Source of the DNA: an uncultured bacterium
GTDB lineage: Bacteria; Auribacterota; JACPWU01
Length of the DNA: 32,000 bases
Assembly: GCA_964640155.1 (NCBI GenBank)
Contig: CAZXEQ010000001.1
Coordinates: forward strand, 546,403 to 578,402
Direction of reading: 5' to 3'
Positions 17,386 to 25,791 of the stretch are shown one piece after another. The position numbers were made by a program, and so were the translations under genes. Numbering within the stretch: position 1 is the first letter of the stretch; each line of letters begins with the position of its first letter. Below the pieces are notes generated by a model. That model made no database searches, had not been told where the DNA came from, and worked only from the letters and a program-made list of their open reading frames with translations.

Positions 17386-17421
17386 AAGGCCTTGCAAAGC
17401 CATAGGCTTTGTGATAGCCTT
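17386..17421 (+). terminator. Stem-loop immediately after the rho stop codon
   Basis: AAGGC (17386-17390) pairs with GCCTT (17417-17421). CAAAGCC (17395-17401) pairs with GGCTTTG (17405-17411). The U-tract is not adjacent. Confidence 0.3.
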
Positions 17422-17510
17422 GGCAACCTTTGGTCTTTAAAAAGTTGAAGTTATCATTGCTCTATGTCTATCATGGAGATTTAGAAACTGACTGGAATTA
17501 GGAGAAATTT

Positions 17511-17720
17511 ATGAAAGAAGGAATACATCCAACATACGTTGAAACAACCATCTCTTGTGCGTGTGGAGAAGTGATTCACACCAAGTCCACCAAAGAAAAT
17601 CTTAAAGTGGGTATTTGTTCTAAATGCCATCCCTTTTTTACTGGGAAGCAAAAGTTCATCGATACCGCTGGCCGTGTTGAACGCTTCCAGAAGCGCTTCG
17701 CAAAGAAAAAAGCAGGATAA
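17511..17720 (+). CDS. rpmE: 50S ribosomal protein L31 (Cys-containing, zinc-type)
   Basis: 69-aa [10 protein letters not shown] start, CAC and [10 protein letters not shown] motifs. Confidence 0.95.
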   Translation: MKEGIHPTYVETTISCACGEVIHTKSTKENLKVGICSKCHPFFTGKQKFIDTAGRVERFQKRFAKKKAG

Positions 17721-17728
17721 TTCTAAGA

Positions 17729-18796
17729 ATGCTTGAGAAGTATGCACCCCTTTGTGCTCGCTTGAAAGAACTTGAAGTGGCTTTAAGTGATCCCAAAGTT
17801 CATTCGGATCGCTCTAAGTTTCAAACCATCGCCAAAGAGCATGCCTCTCTAACCCAAACCCTTCAGAAATTTGATCGTTATCAGAAAATCCTCAAGGAAA
17901 CGGAAGAGGTTTCCCATCTTTTGAAAGAGCAAAAAGAAGACACAGATCTTGCCATTCTAATGAAAGAAGAATACGACCAACTTCAACAAGAAAAAATAAA
18001 ATTAGAAAGAAATATTCAAGCAGATCTCCTTCCCAAAGATAAAAATGAAGGACGTAATATCTTGATGGAAGTACGCTCCGGCGCTGGAGGTGATGAAGCT
18101 TCTATTTTTGTAGCAGATCTCTATCGCATGTATCATCGTTATGCAGAAAAACAAGGCTGGAAAGTTGAAACTTTATCCAGCAGTGCCTCAGGGCCCAAAG
18201 GACTCAAAGAAATTATTTTTTCTGTTGAAGGCCCTGAAGCTTATCAAAAACTACATTTTGAGAGTGGTGTCCATCGTGTTCAAAGAGTTCCCGTAACTGA
18301 AGCCAACGGCCGTATTCATACTTCTACTGTAACCGTGGCTGTCCTTGCTGAAGCTGAAGATGTTGAAGTTGAAATTAAACCTGAAGAATTAAGAATTGAT
18401 GTGTTTCGATCTTCAGGACCAGGAGGACAAAGTGTTAACACAACAGACTCCGCTGTTCGAATCCTTCACCTTCCAACAGGACTTATTGTTTCTTGCCAAG
18501 ACGAAAAATCTCAACATAAAAATAAGGCAAAAGCACTTCGTGTTTTGCGCGCCAGATTAAAAGAAAGACAAGAGCAAGAAGAAATGGCCAAGCTTTCTCA
18601 AGAAAGAAAATCTCAGATTGGAACAGGCGAACGCAGCGAAAAAATCAGAACTTATAATTTCCCACAAAACCGCATCACAGACCATCGCATTGGCTATTCT
18701 CTACACAACTTACCACAAGTCATGGAAGGGGAGATTGAACCTTTGATTCAAGCCCTTATTGATGACTATATTCAAACTCAATTAAAATCAGCCTAA
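17729..18796 (+). CDS. prfA: Peptide chain release factor 1
   Basis: 355-aa ORF. GGQ motif in SGPGGQSVNTT and an RF1-type PVT tripeptide (RVPVTE). Confidence 0.95.
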   Translation: MLEKYAPLCARLKELEVALSDPKVHSDRSKFQTIAKEHASLTQTLQKFDRYQKILKETEEVSHLLKEQKEDTDLAILMKEEYDQLQQEKIKLERNIQADLLPKDKNEGRNILMEVRSGAGGDEASIFVADLYRMYHRYAEKQGWKVETLSSSASGPKGLKEIIFSVEGPEAYQKLHFESGVHRVQRVPVTEANGRIHTSTVTVAVLAEAEDVEVEIKPEELRIDVFRSSGPGGQSVNTTDSAVRILHLPTGLIVSCQDEKSQHKNKAKALRVLRARLKERQEQEEMAKLSQERKSQIGTGERSEKIRTYNFPQNRITDHRIGYSLHNLPQVMEGEIEPLIQALIDDYIQTQLKSA

Positions 18797-18809
18797 TGGA
18801 GTTTTATTC

Positions 18810-19676
18810 ATGCAATTGGGCAATATTTTTCATTATGTATTTCAAATGTTTCAGAATGCTCAATTGGATGAAGCCACTCAAAACACTGAACTCATCTTAT
18901 GGAATATTTTGAGATTAAAAAACAGAGCCGAAGTTTATTTAAATCGGGGAATAGAAATATCTGAAGCAAAAGCTTTTCAAATTCTTCAAGCTGCACAAGA
19001 ACGACTGAAGGGCAAACCCATTCAATATATTTTAAAACAAACTGACTTTTTTTCTCTCCCTCTGGAAGTTTCTGAGAATTGTCTTATACCTCGTCCAGAA
19101 ACAGAACAATTGGTAGAACAAGCCATTGGCTGGTTACACAAACAAAACCTACCCTCTCCAAAAATTTTAGATATTGGGACAGGATCTGGAAACATCGCCA
19201 TTGCCATTGCAAAAAATATTCCTTCAGCCAAAATTTTGGCTCTCGACATTTCAAAAGATGCACTCGAAATTGCGCATAAAAATATTCAAAACCATCAAGT
19301 TGAACATAGGATTAATTTAATCGCCTCTGATCTCACACAAGGACTCAAATCTAAAGCTTCATTTGACATGATCATTTCCAATCCTCCTTATATTGATGAA
19401 AAAGACTGGGCTACTTTGCCCAAAGAAGTCCGTCTGTTTGAACCTTATCTTGCCTTATGCACAAAGCAAGAGGGATTGAACATTATTTTTAAAATCATTG
19501 AAGCTGCTTCACAATTTTTAAAACCTCAAGGACTTCTTCTTGTCGAATTTGGAACTTCTGATCAAATCATCATGATTCAAGAAGCTCTAGAAAAAACTCA
19601 AAAATTTGATTCGATTGAATTCTTGAAGGATCTCGCACTCAAAGATAGAATGGTGAAAGCTTTGAGGAGGGAATAA
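18810..19676 (+). CDS. prmC: Release-factor glutamine N5-methyltransferase
   Basis: 288-aa ORF. SAM motif LDIGTGSGNIAI and catalytic NPPY (ISNPPYI). Follows prfA. Confidence 0.9.
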   Translation: MQLGNIFHYVFQMFQNAQLDEATQNTELILWNILRLKNRAEVYLNRGIEISEAKAFQILQAAQERLKGKPIQYILKQTDFFSLPLEVSENCLIPRPETEQLVEQAIGWLHKQNLPSPKILDIGTGSGNIAIAIAKNIPSAKILALDISKDALEIAHKNIQNHQVEHRINLIASDLTQGLKSKASFDMIISNPPYIDEKDWATLPKEVRLFEPYLALCTKQEGLNIIFKIIEAASQFLKPQGLLLVEFGTSDQIIMIQEALEKTQKFDSIEFLKDLALKDRMVKALRRE

Positions 19677-20983
19677 TGGATAAAATTGTCATTGAAGGAG
19701 GCCATCGCCTCTCAGGAACCATTCAAGTCAGTGGAGCCAAAAACTCTGCCCTTCCCATTTTAGCCGCTACACTCATGGCTAATACACCTTCTATCATTCA
19801 CTCCGTTCCTCGTCTGAGAGATATTGATACCATGCTAGAGATTCTCCATTTCTTGGGAGTAACTTCTGAGTGGATTGGACCTAATAGCGTAAAAATTAAT
19901 CCTACAGGATTATGCGAGACCAAAGCTCCTTATGAACTTGTTCGAAAGATGCGAGCTTCCATTTGTCTGCTCGGCCCTCTTTTGGGAAAATCAAAAAAAG
20001 CAACTGCCAGTATGCCAGGAGGATGCATTATTGGACCTCGTCCTATTGACTTGCATTTGAAAGGGTTTAAAGCTCTTCAGGCTCAGATTCAAATTGAACA
20101 TGGTTATGTGGTTGCAGATGGAACACACATGCAAGGAGGAGAAGTTTTTTTAGGAGGCCGCTTCGGTTCTAGTGTTTTAGCGACAGCCAATATGATAATG
20201 GCGGCTTGCCTCATCCCAGGCAATACAATCATTGAAAGCGCAGCTTGTGAGCCTGAAATTGTAGATTTAGCAGAATTTTTAAACAAAATGGGGGCTAAAA
20301 TTGAAGGAGCAGGTTCCCATGTCATTCATATTGAAGGACAAACCCAACTTCAAGGAGCTGAACACACCATTATTCCAGATCGTATTGAAGCGGGAACATT
20401 TTTAATGGCTGGAGCGATGATCGGGAGTTCTCTTCGTGTTGAAAAAATTCGTCCCAAACACCTGATTGCTGTCATCGATAAACTTCGAGAAATCGGGGTA
20501 CGCATTGAAGTAGAAGCATCCGCTATCACCATTCATAAGACCGCTTCTTTAGAAGTGGTCGATGTCATCACACTTCCCTATCCGGGATTTCCAACCGACA
20601 TGCAAGCTCAAATGATGGCCCTCATGTCCATTACCCCCGGCATCAGCGTTATCACAGAAAAAATATATCCTGAGCGTTTCATGCATATCAGTGAGCTTAA
20701 TCGACTCGGGGCAAAAATTTCTTTGGAAGGATCTAGTGCCGTGATTGTCGGCAAAGAAAAATTAAGTGGGGCTCCGGTAATGGCTTCTGATTTAAGGGCC
20801 AGTGCAGCACTTGTCTTAGCAGGCCTTGTTGCAGATGGGAAAACAGAAATTCATCGTATTTATCATTTAGATCGTGGGTATGAACACATCGAAGAAAAGC
20901 TTCGTAAATTGGGGGCTCATATTGAACGTATTCCAGAAAGCCAAGACGAAGAAAGTGGATTGATTCAAGAAGTACAGCTGTAA
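19676..20983 (+). CDS. murA: UDP-N-acetylglucosamine 1-carboxyvinyltransferase
   Basis: 435-aa ORF. VSGAKNSALPILAA start block. Active-site loop MPGGCIIGPRPIDLH retains the catalytic Cys. Confidence 0.95.
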   Translation: MDKIVIEGGHRLSGTIQVSGAKNSALPILAATLMANTPSIIHSVPRLRDIDTMLEILHFLGVTSEWIGPNSVKINPTGLCETKAPYELVRKMRASICLLGPLLGKSKKATASMPGGCIIGPRPIDLHLKGFKALQAQIQIEHGYVVADGTHMQGGEVFLGGRFGSSVLATANMIMAACLIPGNTIIESAACEPEIVDLAEFLNKMGAKIEGAGSHVIHIEGQTQLQGAEHTIIPDRIEAGTFLMAGAMIGSSLRVEKIRPKHLIAVIDKLREIGVRIEVEASAITIHKTASLEVVDVITLPYPGFPTDMQAQMMALMSITPGISVITEKIYPERFMHISELNRLGAKISLEGSSAVIVGKEKLSGAPVMASDLRASAALVLAGLVADGKTEIHRIYHLDRGYEHIEEKLRKLGAHIERIPESQDEESGLIQEVQL

Positions 20984-21058
20984 AAATCTATACTTCTTAT
21001 TGAATCGTTTATATTTTTAAAGTCCCTCACCCCCTGCTATAGCCTATTTATTAAGGAC

Positions 21059-21087
21059 TTGCAACTTTTACTCTAAATCTCTATAGT
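21059..21087 (+). promoter_or_regulatory. Candidate sigma70 promoter upstream of rpsP
   Basis: TTGCAA (21059-21064), 17-nt spacer, TATAGT (21082-21087). Confidence 0.4.
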
Positions 21088-21091
21088 AATG

Positions 21092-21142
21092 GGTCTTTAT
21101 ACTTTATTAAAGAGACAAAGCCTCTTTAATGAGACCTTTTTT
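21092..21142 (+). terminator. Intrinsic-terminator-like compound hairpin with U6 tract
   Basis: GGTCT (21092-21096) pairs with AGACC (21132-21136). It encloses TTAAAGAG (21107-21114) paired with CTCTTTAA (21122-21129). TTTTTT follows at 21137-21142. Confidence 0.45.
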
Positions 21143-21208
21143 ATTACTTAATAAGTACGTAACTATTTTGTTATTAATAAGTTAGGAATAACGTAACAAG
21201 GAGGAATC

Positions 21209-21454
21209 ATGTCGGTTAAATTACGTTTGAGAAGGATGGGGACTTTAAAAAAACCTTTCTTTCGAATTGTAGCAACAGATATTCGAAGTCCAAGAGATGG
21301 AAAATTTTTGGAAGCACTGGGAACTTATGATCCTAAAAAAACAAGTGATAATATCACTTTGGATCAAGACAGAGCTAACCATTGGTTAAAACAAGGCGCT
21401 AAACCTTCCGAAACTGTCAAAGCACTCTTAAAAAAAATCGGAATCAAAGCTTAA
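21209..21454 (+). CDS. rpsP: 30S ribosomal protein S16
   Basis: 81-aa ORF, MSVKLRLRRMGTLKKPFFRIVA. Strong RBS AAGGAGG upstream. Confidence 0.95.
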   Translation: MSVKLRLRRMGTLKKPFFRIVATDIRSPRDGKFLEALGTYDPKKTSDNITLDQDRANHWLKQGAKPSETVKALLKKIGIKA

Positions 21455-21524
21455 GGAGTCGTTCAAAATCTAAAAGTCTCCCCCTTATCTTAAAGCGAGG
21501 AGGTTTTTAAGTTTTCAATTTTTT

Positions 21525-22190
21525 ATGCAAATTGACGTTATCACTCTATTTCCAGAAATTTTGTCCAGTTTAACTTCCGCCAGTATTTTGAAAAAGGCGC
21601 AAGAGCATGGGCTTGTGAAAATTCAGACCACCAATCCAAGAGACTTCACAGCTGACAAGCATAAAACATGCGATGATAAACCTTTTGGCGGCGGATCAGG
21701 CATGGTGATGAAACCAGAGCCTATTTTCAAAGCAGTTGAATCTGTCAATTCACCAAAAGCTAAAATTATTTTAATGAGTCCTCAAGGGCAAAAATTTGAC
21801 CAGAAAAAAGCTGTAGAACTTTCCAAAGAAAATCATCTCATTTTAATCTGTGGCCATTATGAAGGCATCGATGAACGCGTCCGTCTTCTTCTAGCACATG
21901 AGGAACTTTCAATTGGAGATTATGTTTTAACCAATGGAGCGCTTGCTGCAGCAGTTGTCATCGATGCTGTTTCAAGGTTACTTCCTGGAGTACTTGGGAA
22001 TCCAGATTCACCTACTCAAGATTCTTTTTCAGCAGGACTTCTTGAATATCCCCAGTACACGCGCCCAAGGAATTTTCAGGGAATAGATGTCCCGAATATT
22101 CTACTTACAGGCGATCATCAGAAAATTGAAGAATGGCGCAAAGAGCAATCACTTGAAAAAACTAGAAAAACAAGACCAGATTTGATATAA
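21525..22190 (+). CDS. trmD: tRNA (guanine37-N1)-methyltransferase
   Basis: 221-aa [12 protein letters not shown] start, [19 protein letters not shown]. Confidence 0.95.
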   Translation: MQIDVITLFPEILSSLTSASILKKAQEHGLVKIQTTNPRDFTADKHKTCDDKPFGGGSGMVMKPEPIFKAVESVNSPKAKIILMSPQGQKFDQKKAVELSKENHLILICGHYEGIDERVRLLLAHEELSIGDYVLTNGALAAAVVIDAVSRLLPGVLGNPDSPTQDSFSAGLLEYPQYTRPRNFQGIDVPNILLTGDHQKIEEWRKEQSLEKTRKTRPDLI

Positions 22191-22200
22191 GGGAGGCTGT

Positions 22201-22650
22201 ATGAAGACAAATCGCATTACAAAACCAAATAAAAGTTTACTTAAGAAAATCGAGGCCGAAGGGCTTAAAAGTAATATCCCAAGCTTTCGAGTCGGGGACG
22301 AACTTAAAATCTATTATAAAATAGTTGAAGGCGATAAGGAACGTGTACAGCCTTTTGAAGGAACTTTCATCAGCGAAAAAGGAAGCGGTCTTTCTCATAA
22401 CATTACCATCCGTAGAATTTCCTTCGGAGAAGGTGTTGAGAGAACTTTTCCTCTTCACTCTCCCAGAATTGACAAAATTGAAGTCGTGCGTCGAGGTGAA
22501 GTTAGAAGAGCTAAGCTTTACTACCTGAGAGATAAAGTAGGTAAACAAGCTAAGATCAAAGAGAAAAAAGCAAGTTCAGAAAAATCAGCTCCTACTTCAG
22601 AACCTGTTCTTGCAGAAACTTCAAAAGAAAGCGCAAATAAAAGCGCCTAA
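22201..22650 (+). CDS. rplS: 50S ribosomal protein L19 with Lys/Ser-rich C-terminal tail
   Basis: 149-aa [36 protein letters not shown]. About 30 extra C-terminal residues. Confidence 0.9.
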   Translation: MKTNRITKPNKSLLKKIEAEGLKSNIPSFRVGDELKIYYKIVEGDKERVQPFEGTFISEKGSGLSHNITIRRISFGEGVERTFPLHSPRIDKIEVVRRGEVRRAKLYYLRDKVGKQAKIKEKKASSEKSAPTSEPVLAETSKESANKSA

Positions 22651-22653
22651 AGA

Positions 22654-23277
22654 GTGAATCATCCACTCCATCAATTTGAAAAAGAAGCTTTTCAAAAAGG
22701 ATACACCCTTGTTGCAGGCGTAGACGAAGTGGGTCGAGGCCCTTTAGCAGGACCTGTCCTTGCAGCTGCTGTTATTTTTTCAAATCCTTCTTCAGCTCCT
22801 TTGGGAATTCGAGACTCTAAAAAGCTTTCCCATACTCAGCGTGAAAAACTCTACGAAATCATGATGAATGACACTTCCATTCTGAAGGGATTTGGCATTT
22901 GTGATGAAAGAACCATTGATCAAGTCAACATTCGACAAGCCAGTCTTCAAGCTATGCGTATAGCCCTCTCCCAGCTTCAAACTTCTCCCGAATTTGTCCT
23001 TGTGGATGGTTTTGAAATTCCAGATCTTTCATGGCCGCAGAAAGGGATTATCAAAGGAGATTCTTTAAGCTATTCCATTGGAGCAGCCTCTATTCTTGCT
23101 AAAGTCACACGGGATCGTTTGATGGACGAATATGAAAAGAATTATCCTGGCTATGGCTTCAAACAACATAAAGGCTATGGGACTAAATTACATTTAGAAA
23201 AATTAAAAGAATTGGGCCCCTGCCCTGCTCATCGACAAAGCTTCGAACCTGTTTACCAACTCTCTCTTACAGTATGA
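22654..23277 (+). CDS. rnhB: Ribonuclease HII
   Basis: 207-aa ORF, GTG start. GVDEVGRGPLAGPV active-site block and DSKKLS. Confidence 0.9.
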   Translation: MNHPLHQFEKEAFQKGYTLVAGVDEVGRGPLAGPVLAAAVIFSNPSSAPLGIRDSKKLSHTQREKLYEIMMNDTSILKGFGICDERTIDQVNIRQASLQAMRIALSQLQTSPEFVLVDGFEIPDLSWPQKGIIKGDSLSYSIGAASILAKVTRDRLMDEYEKNYPGYGFKQHKGYGTKLHLEKLKELGPCPAHRQSFEPVYQLSLTV

Positions 23278-23642
23278 ATATTCTTACAGGCAAAAAAGGA
23301 GAGCAAATAGCAGAGCAATTTTTAAAGAAGAAAGGATATTCCATCCTTAAGAGAAATTATCGAACACCTGTTGGAGAAATTGATCTTATCTGTTTAGAAA
23401 AAGAAACTCTGATTTTTGTAGAGGTCAAAACCAACCAAACTAATGAATTTGGGCTGGCTCAAGAACGCGTTCATCCCAAAAAACAAAAGCAAATCATTAA
23501 AACAGCTTGGATGTTTTTAAAAGAGAAAGAAATGTTAGATATAGACTTTCGTTTTGATGTGATAGGCGTTGATCTTTCAAATCCTACTTGTGATAAAATT
23601 GAACATATTGAAAATGCATTTGATGGGAATCAATACTCATAA
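23274..23642 (+). CDS. yraN: YraN-family (UPF0102) endonuclease-like protein
   Basis: 122-aa ORF. GEIDLI and FVEVK motifs. Conserved position between rnhB and comM. Confidence 0.8.
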   Translation: MNILTGKKGEQIAEQFLKKKGYSILKRNYRTPVGEIDLICLEKETLIFVEVKTNQTNEFGLAQERVHPKKQKQIIKTAWMFLKEKEMLDIDFRFDVIGVDLSNPTCDKIEHIENAFDGNQYS

Positions 23643-23643
23643 T

Positions 23644-23791
23644 ATACCTGCACATAAAAGTGTGCATCTTTATGGATGCGGGTGACACTTAGCGGGGAAC
23701 CCCGCCGCGCGCAACTAATACTCGAGCACGGTGGGGGGCCAAGTGGCAGGACCCGCTACTTTGTAAAAGACCACATTTTTATATACACAGT
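23644..23791 (+). mobile_element. 148-bp MITE-like element, copy 2 (most divergent)
   Basis: Boundaries set by homology to copies 1 and 3. Core GCGGGTGACACTTAGCGGGGAACCCCGCCGCGCGC ... CACGGTGGGGGGCCAAGTGGCAGGACCCGCTAC. Begins 2 nt after the yraN stop. No convincing flanking duplication. Confidence 0.6.
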
Positions 23792-23887
23792 GCAATGGAT
23801 TAATATCATTTTTTCTATGACTGACAAAGGGTAAATTACGATATACTTACATTTCTAACATTCAAGTGATTTGGGGAATTCACTAAA

Positions 23888-25420
23888 ATGCTCGCGAAAG
23901 TCTATTCAAGCGCAGTACAAGGAGTCGAAGCTTATACATTAGAAATTGAAGTAGATATTAATCGAGGCCTCCCTGCTACTATTCTTGTAGGGCTCCCCGA
24001 CACTTCCGTCAAAGAAGCACGTGATCGTGTCAAAGCAGCGCTTGAAAATTCTGGATTTAATCATCCTCCTAAAAGAATTACGATTAATCTTGCTCCTGCT
24101 GATACCAAAAAAGAAGGCCCCAGCTCAGATCTTCCTATAGCACTTGGCATTCTCATGGCTTCAGGACAACTCAATACCACAAAAACTGAAGATTATCTTA
24201 TCATGGGAGAATTGGCTCTGAATGGTCAAGTTCGTCCCGTCAAAGGCGTTCTTCCCATGGCCCTTAGAGCTTTAAAAGAGGGAAAACGCGGCGTGTTGGT
24301 TCCTGTAGAAAATATCGAAGAAGCTGCTGTGGTCAAAGGGATTGAAGCTCGGCCCATTCGCAGTCTACAAGAAGCTGTTCAATTTCTTGCCGATCAAAAA
24401 GAATTAGCCATACATGAAATAAACTTTCAAGAAATTTTTAACCAAGATGGTCACGCTGAAGTTGATCTTTCTGAAATTAAGGGACAAGGTTTGGCAAAAA
24501 GAGCGCTTGAGATTGCAGCTGCGGGTGCACATCATATGCTGATGATCGGCCCTCCGGGTTCAGGAAAGACACTATTGTCCAAAGCCTTATCTAGTCTGCT
24601 TCCTCTTTTAAGTTTAGAAGAAGCCCTGGAAACAACAAAAATCCATAGCGTCGCAGGCACCCTCCCTCTTCAAAAAGCACTCATCACCCGACGACCCTTT
24701 AGATCACCCCATCATACCATCAGCGATATCGGACTCATTGGAGGAGGAAGTTATCCCAAACCTGGAGAAGTCAGCCTCGCCCATTATGGCGTTCTTTTTC
24801 TAGATGAATTGCCTGAATTCAAACGAAGCGTTCTTGAAGTCCTTCGCCAACCTTTGGAAGACGGGAAAGTCACCATCACACGTGCAGCAGGTTCCCTCAC
24901 CTACCCAGCAAAATTTATGCTCGTCAGTGCGATGAACCCTTGTCCATGCGGTTATTTCACAGATCCTACTCGAGAATGTCGCTGCACCCCTTTACAGATA
25001 CAACGCTATCGCTCCAAAATCTCTGGACCTCTTCTTGATCGAATTGACATTCATATGGAAGTTTCAGCTGTTAAATATCAAGAGCTTTCTGGAGAAGGCC
25101 CAGCCGAAAGTTCAAAAGAAGTTCGAAAGCGTGCTGAAAAAGCCAGACAAATTCAAAAAGAAAGATTTTCTGGAAAAGGGCTTTATGCCAACGGACAAAT
25201 GGGGCTTAAAGAAATTCGAAAATATTGTTCTATAAAGTCAGAGGGTAAAGATCTTCTCAAAATGGCTATCACTGAACTGGGAATGAGTGCTCGAGCCTAT
25301 GATCGTATTCTCAAAGTGGCTAGAACCATTGCGGATATGGCCGAAAGCGAAACCATTGAAGCTCAGCATATTTCTGAAGCCATTCAATACCGTTCTCTAG
25401 ATCGAACGCTGTGGGTATAA
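23888..25420 (+). CDS. comM: ComM/YifB-family Mg-chelatase-like AAA+ ATPase
   Basis: 510-aa ORF. Lon-like N-domain, Walker A GPPGSGKT, Walker [12 protein letters not shown]-terminal Mg-chelatase-like domain. Confidence 0.9.
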   Translation: MLAKVYSSAVQGVEAYTLEIEVDINRGLPATILVGLPDTSVKEARDRVKAALENSGFNHPPKRITINLAPADTKKEGPSSDLPIALGILMASGQLNTTKTEDYLIMGELALNGQVRPVKGVLPMALRALKEGKRGVLVPVENIEEAAVVKGIEARPIRSLQEAVQFLADQKELAIHEINFQEIFNQDGHAEVDLSEIKGQGLAKRALEIAAAGAHHMLMIGPPGSGKTLLSKALSSLLPLLSLEEALETTKIHSVAGTLPLQKALITRRPFRSPHHTISDIGLIGGGSYPKPGEVSLAHYGVLFLDELPEFKRSVLEVLRQPLEDGKVTITRAAGSLTYPAKFMLVSAMNPCPCGYFTDPTRECRCTPLQIQRYRSKISGPLLDRIDIHMEVSAVKYQELSGEGPAESSKEVRKRAEKARQIQKERFSGKGLYANGQMGLKEIRKYCSIKSEGKDLLKMAITELGMSARAYDRILKVARTIADMAESETIEAQHISEAIQYRSLDRTLWV

Positions 25421-25791
25421 AGTTAAAAAACTTTGTATCCGTTGTCCTATTTTTCTTTTTCCAGATTTCCTCCTTCGTGTTTCACGTCAAAAATGATACA
25501 TTACTTTCCAGAAGGAATATTCATCGAATGAACTTAGCCCATATTGAATCACTCAAGGCCCTTATTTTTAAAACGTCCGACTTGAATTCTTTGCGAGCAG
25601 AAATTCTCAAAGAGTTTGATCATGTCATTCACTTCCTGAAAGATCGTCTTGAAAAAGATGTTCATCATCTTGCAAAAGAGGTTCAAGAACTTCAACGCAC
25701 CCCTCTTGAAAATCCAAAAATACGCGAAATTATCGGCCATATTGTTATGGATTTTGGCGAACTTCGTAAAGACCTTGAAACTGAAATCTAG
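25411..25791 (+). CDS. Hypothetical small helical protein (start uncertain)
   Basis: 126-aa ORF overlapping the comM stop by 10 nt. An 87-aa version from ATG 25528 ([12 protein letters not shown]) with an upstream AAGGAA looks more plausible. No motif recognised. Confidence 0.4.
   Translation: MGIKLKNFVSVVLFFFFQISSFVFHVKNDTLLSRRNIHRMNLAHIESLKALIFKTSDLNSLRAEILKEFDHVIHFLKDRLEKDVHHLAKEVQELQRTPLENPKIREIIGHIVMDFGELRKDLETEI

Noticed and set aside
7793-22548. Numerous 60-105-aa ORFs inside or antisense to large genes (for example 7793-8023, 8660-8869, 10952-11266, 11971-12261, 14838-15116, 16056-16340, 16618-16902, 19022-19249, 20104-20325, 22237-22548)
   Set aside because: All are nested in ORFs with clear family motifs. 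They are typical shadow frames of an AT-rich genome.
23640-23806. TAATAT at both sides of MITE copy 2 as a possible target-site duplication
   Set aside because: It is only 6 bp and AT-rich in an AT-rich genome. It is also not at the boundaries homologous to copies 1 and 3. Treated as chance.
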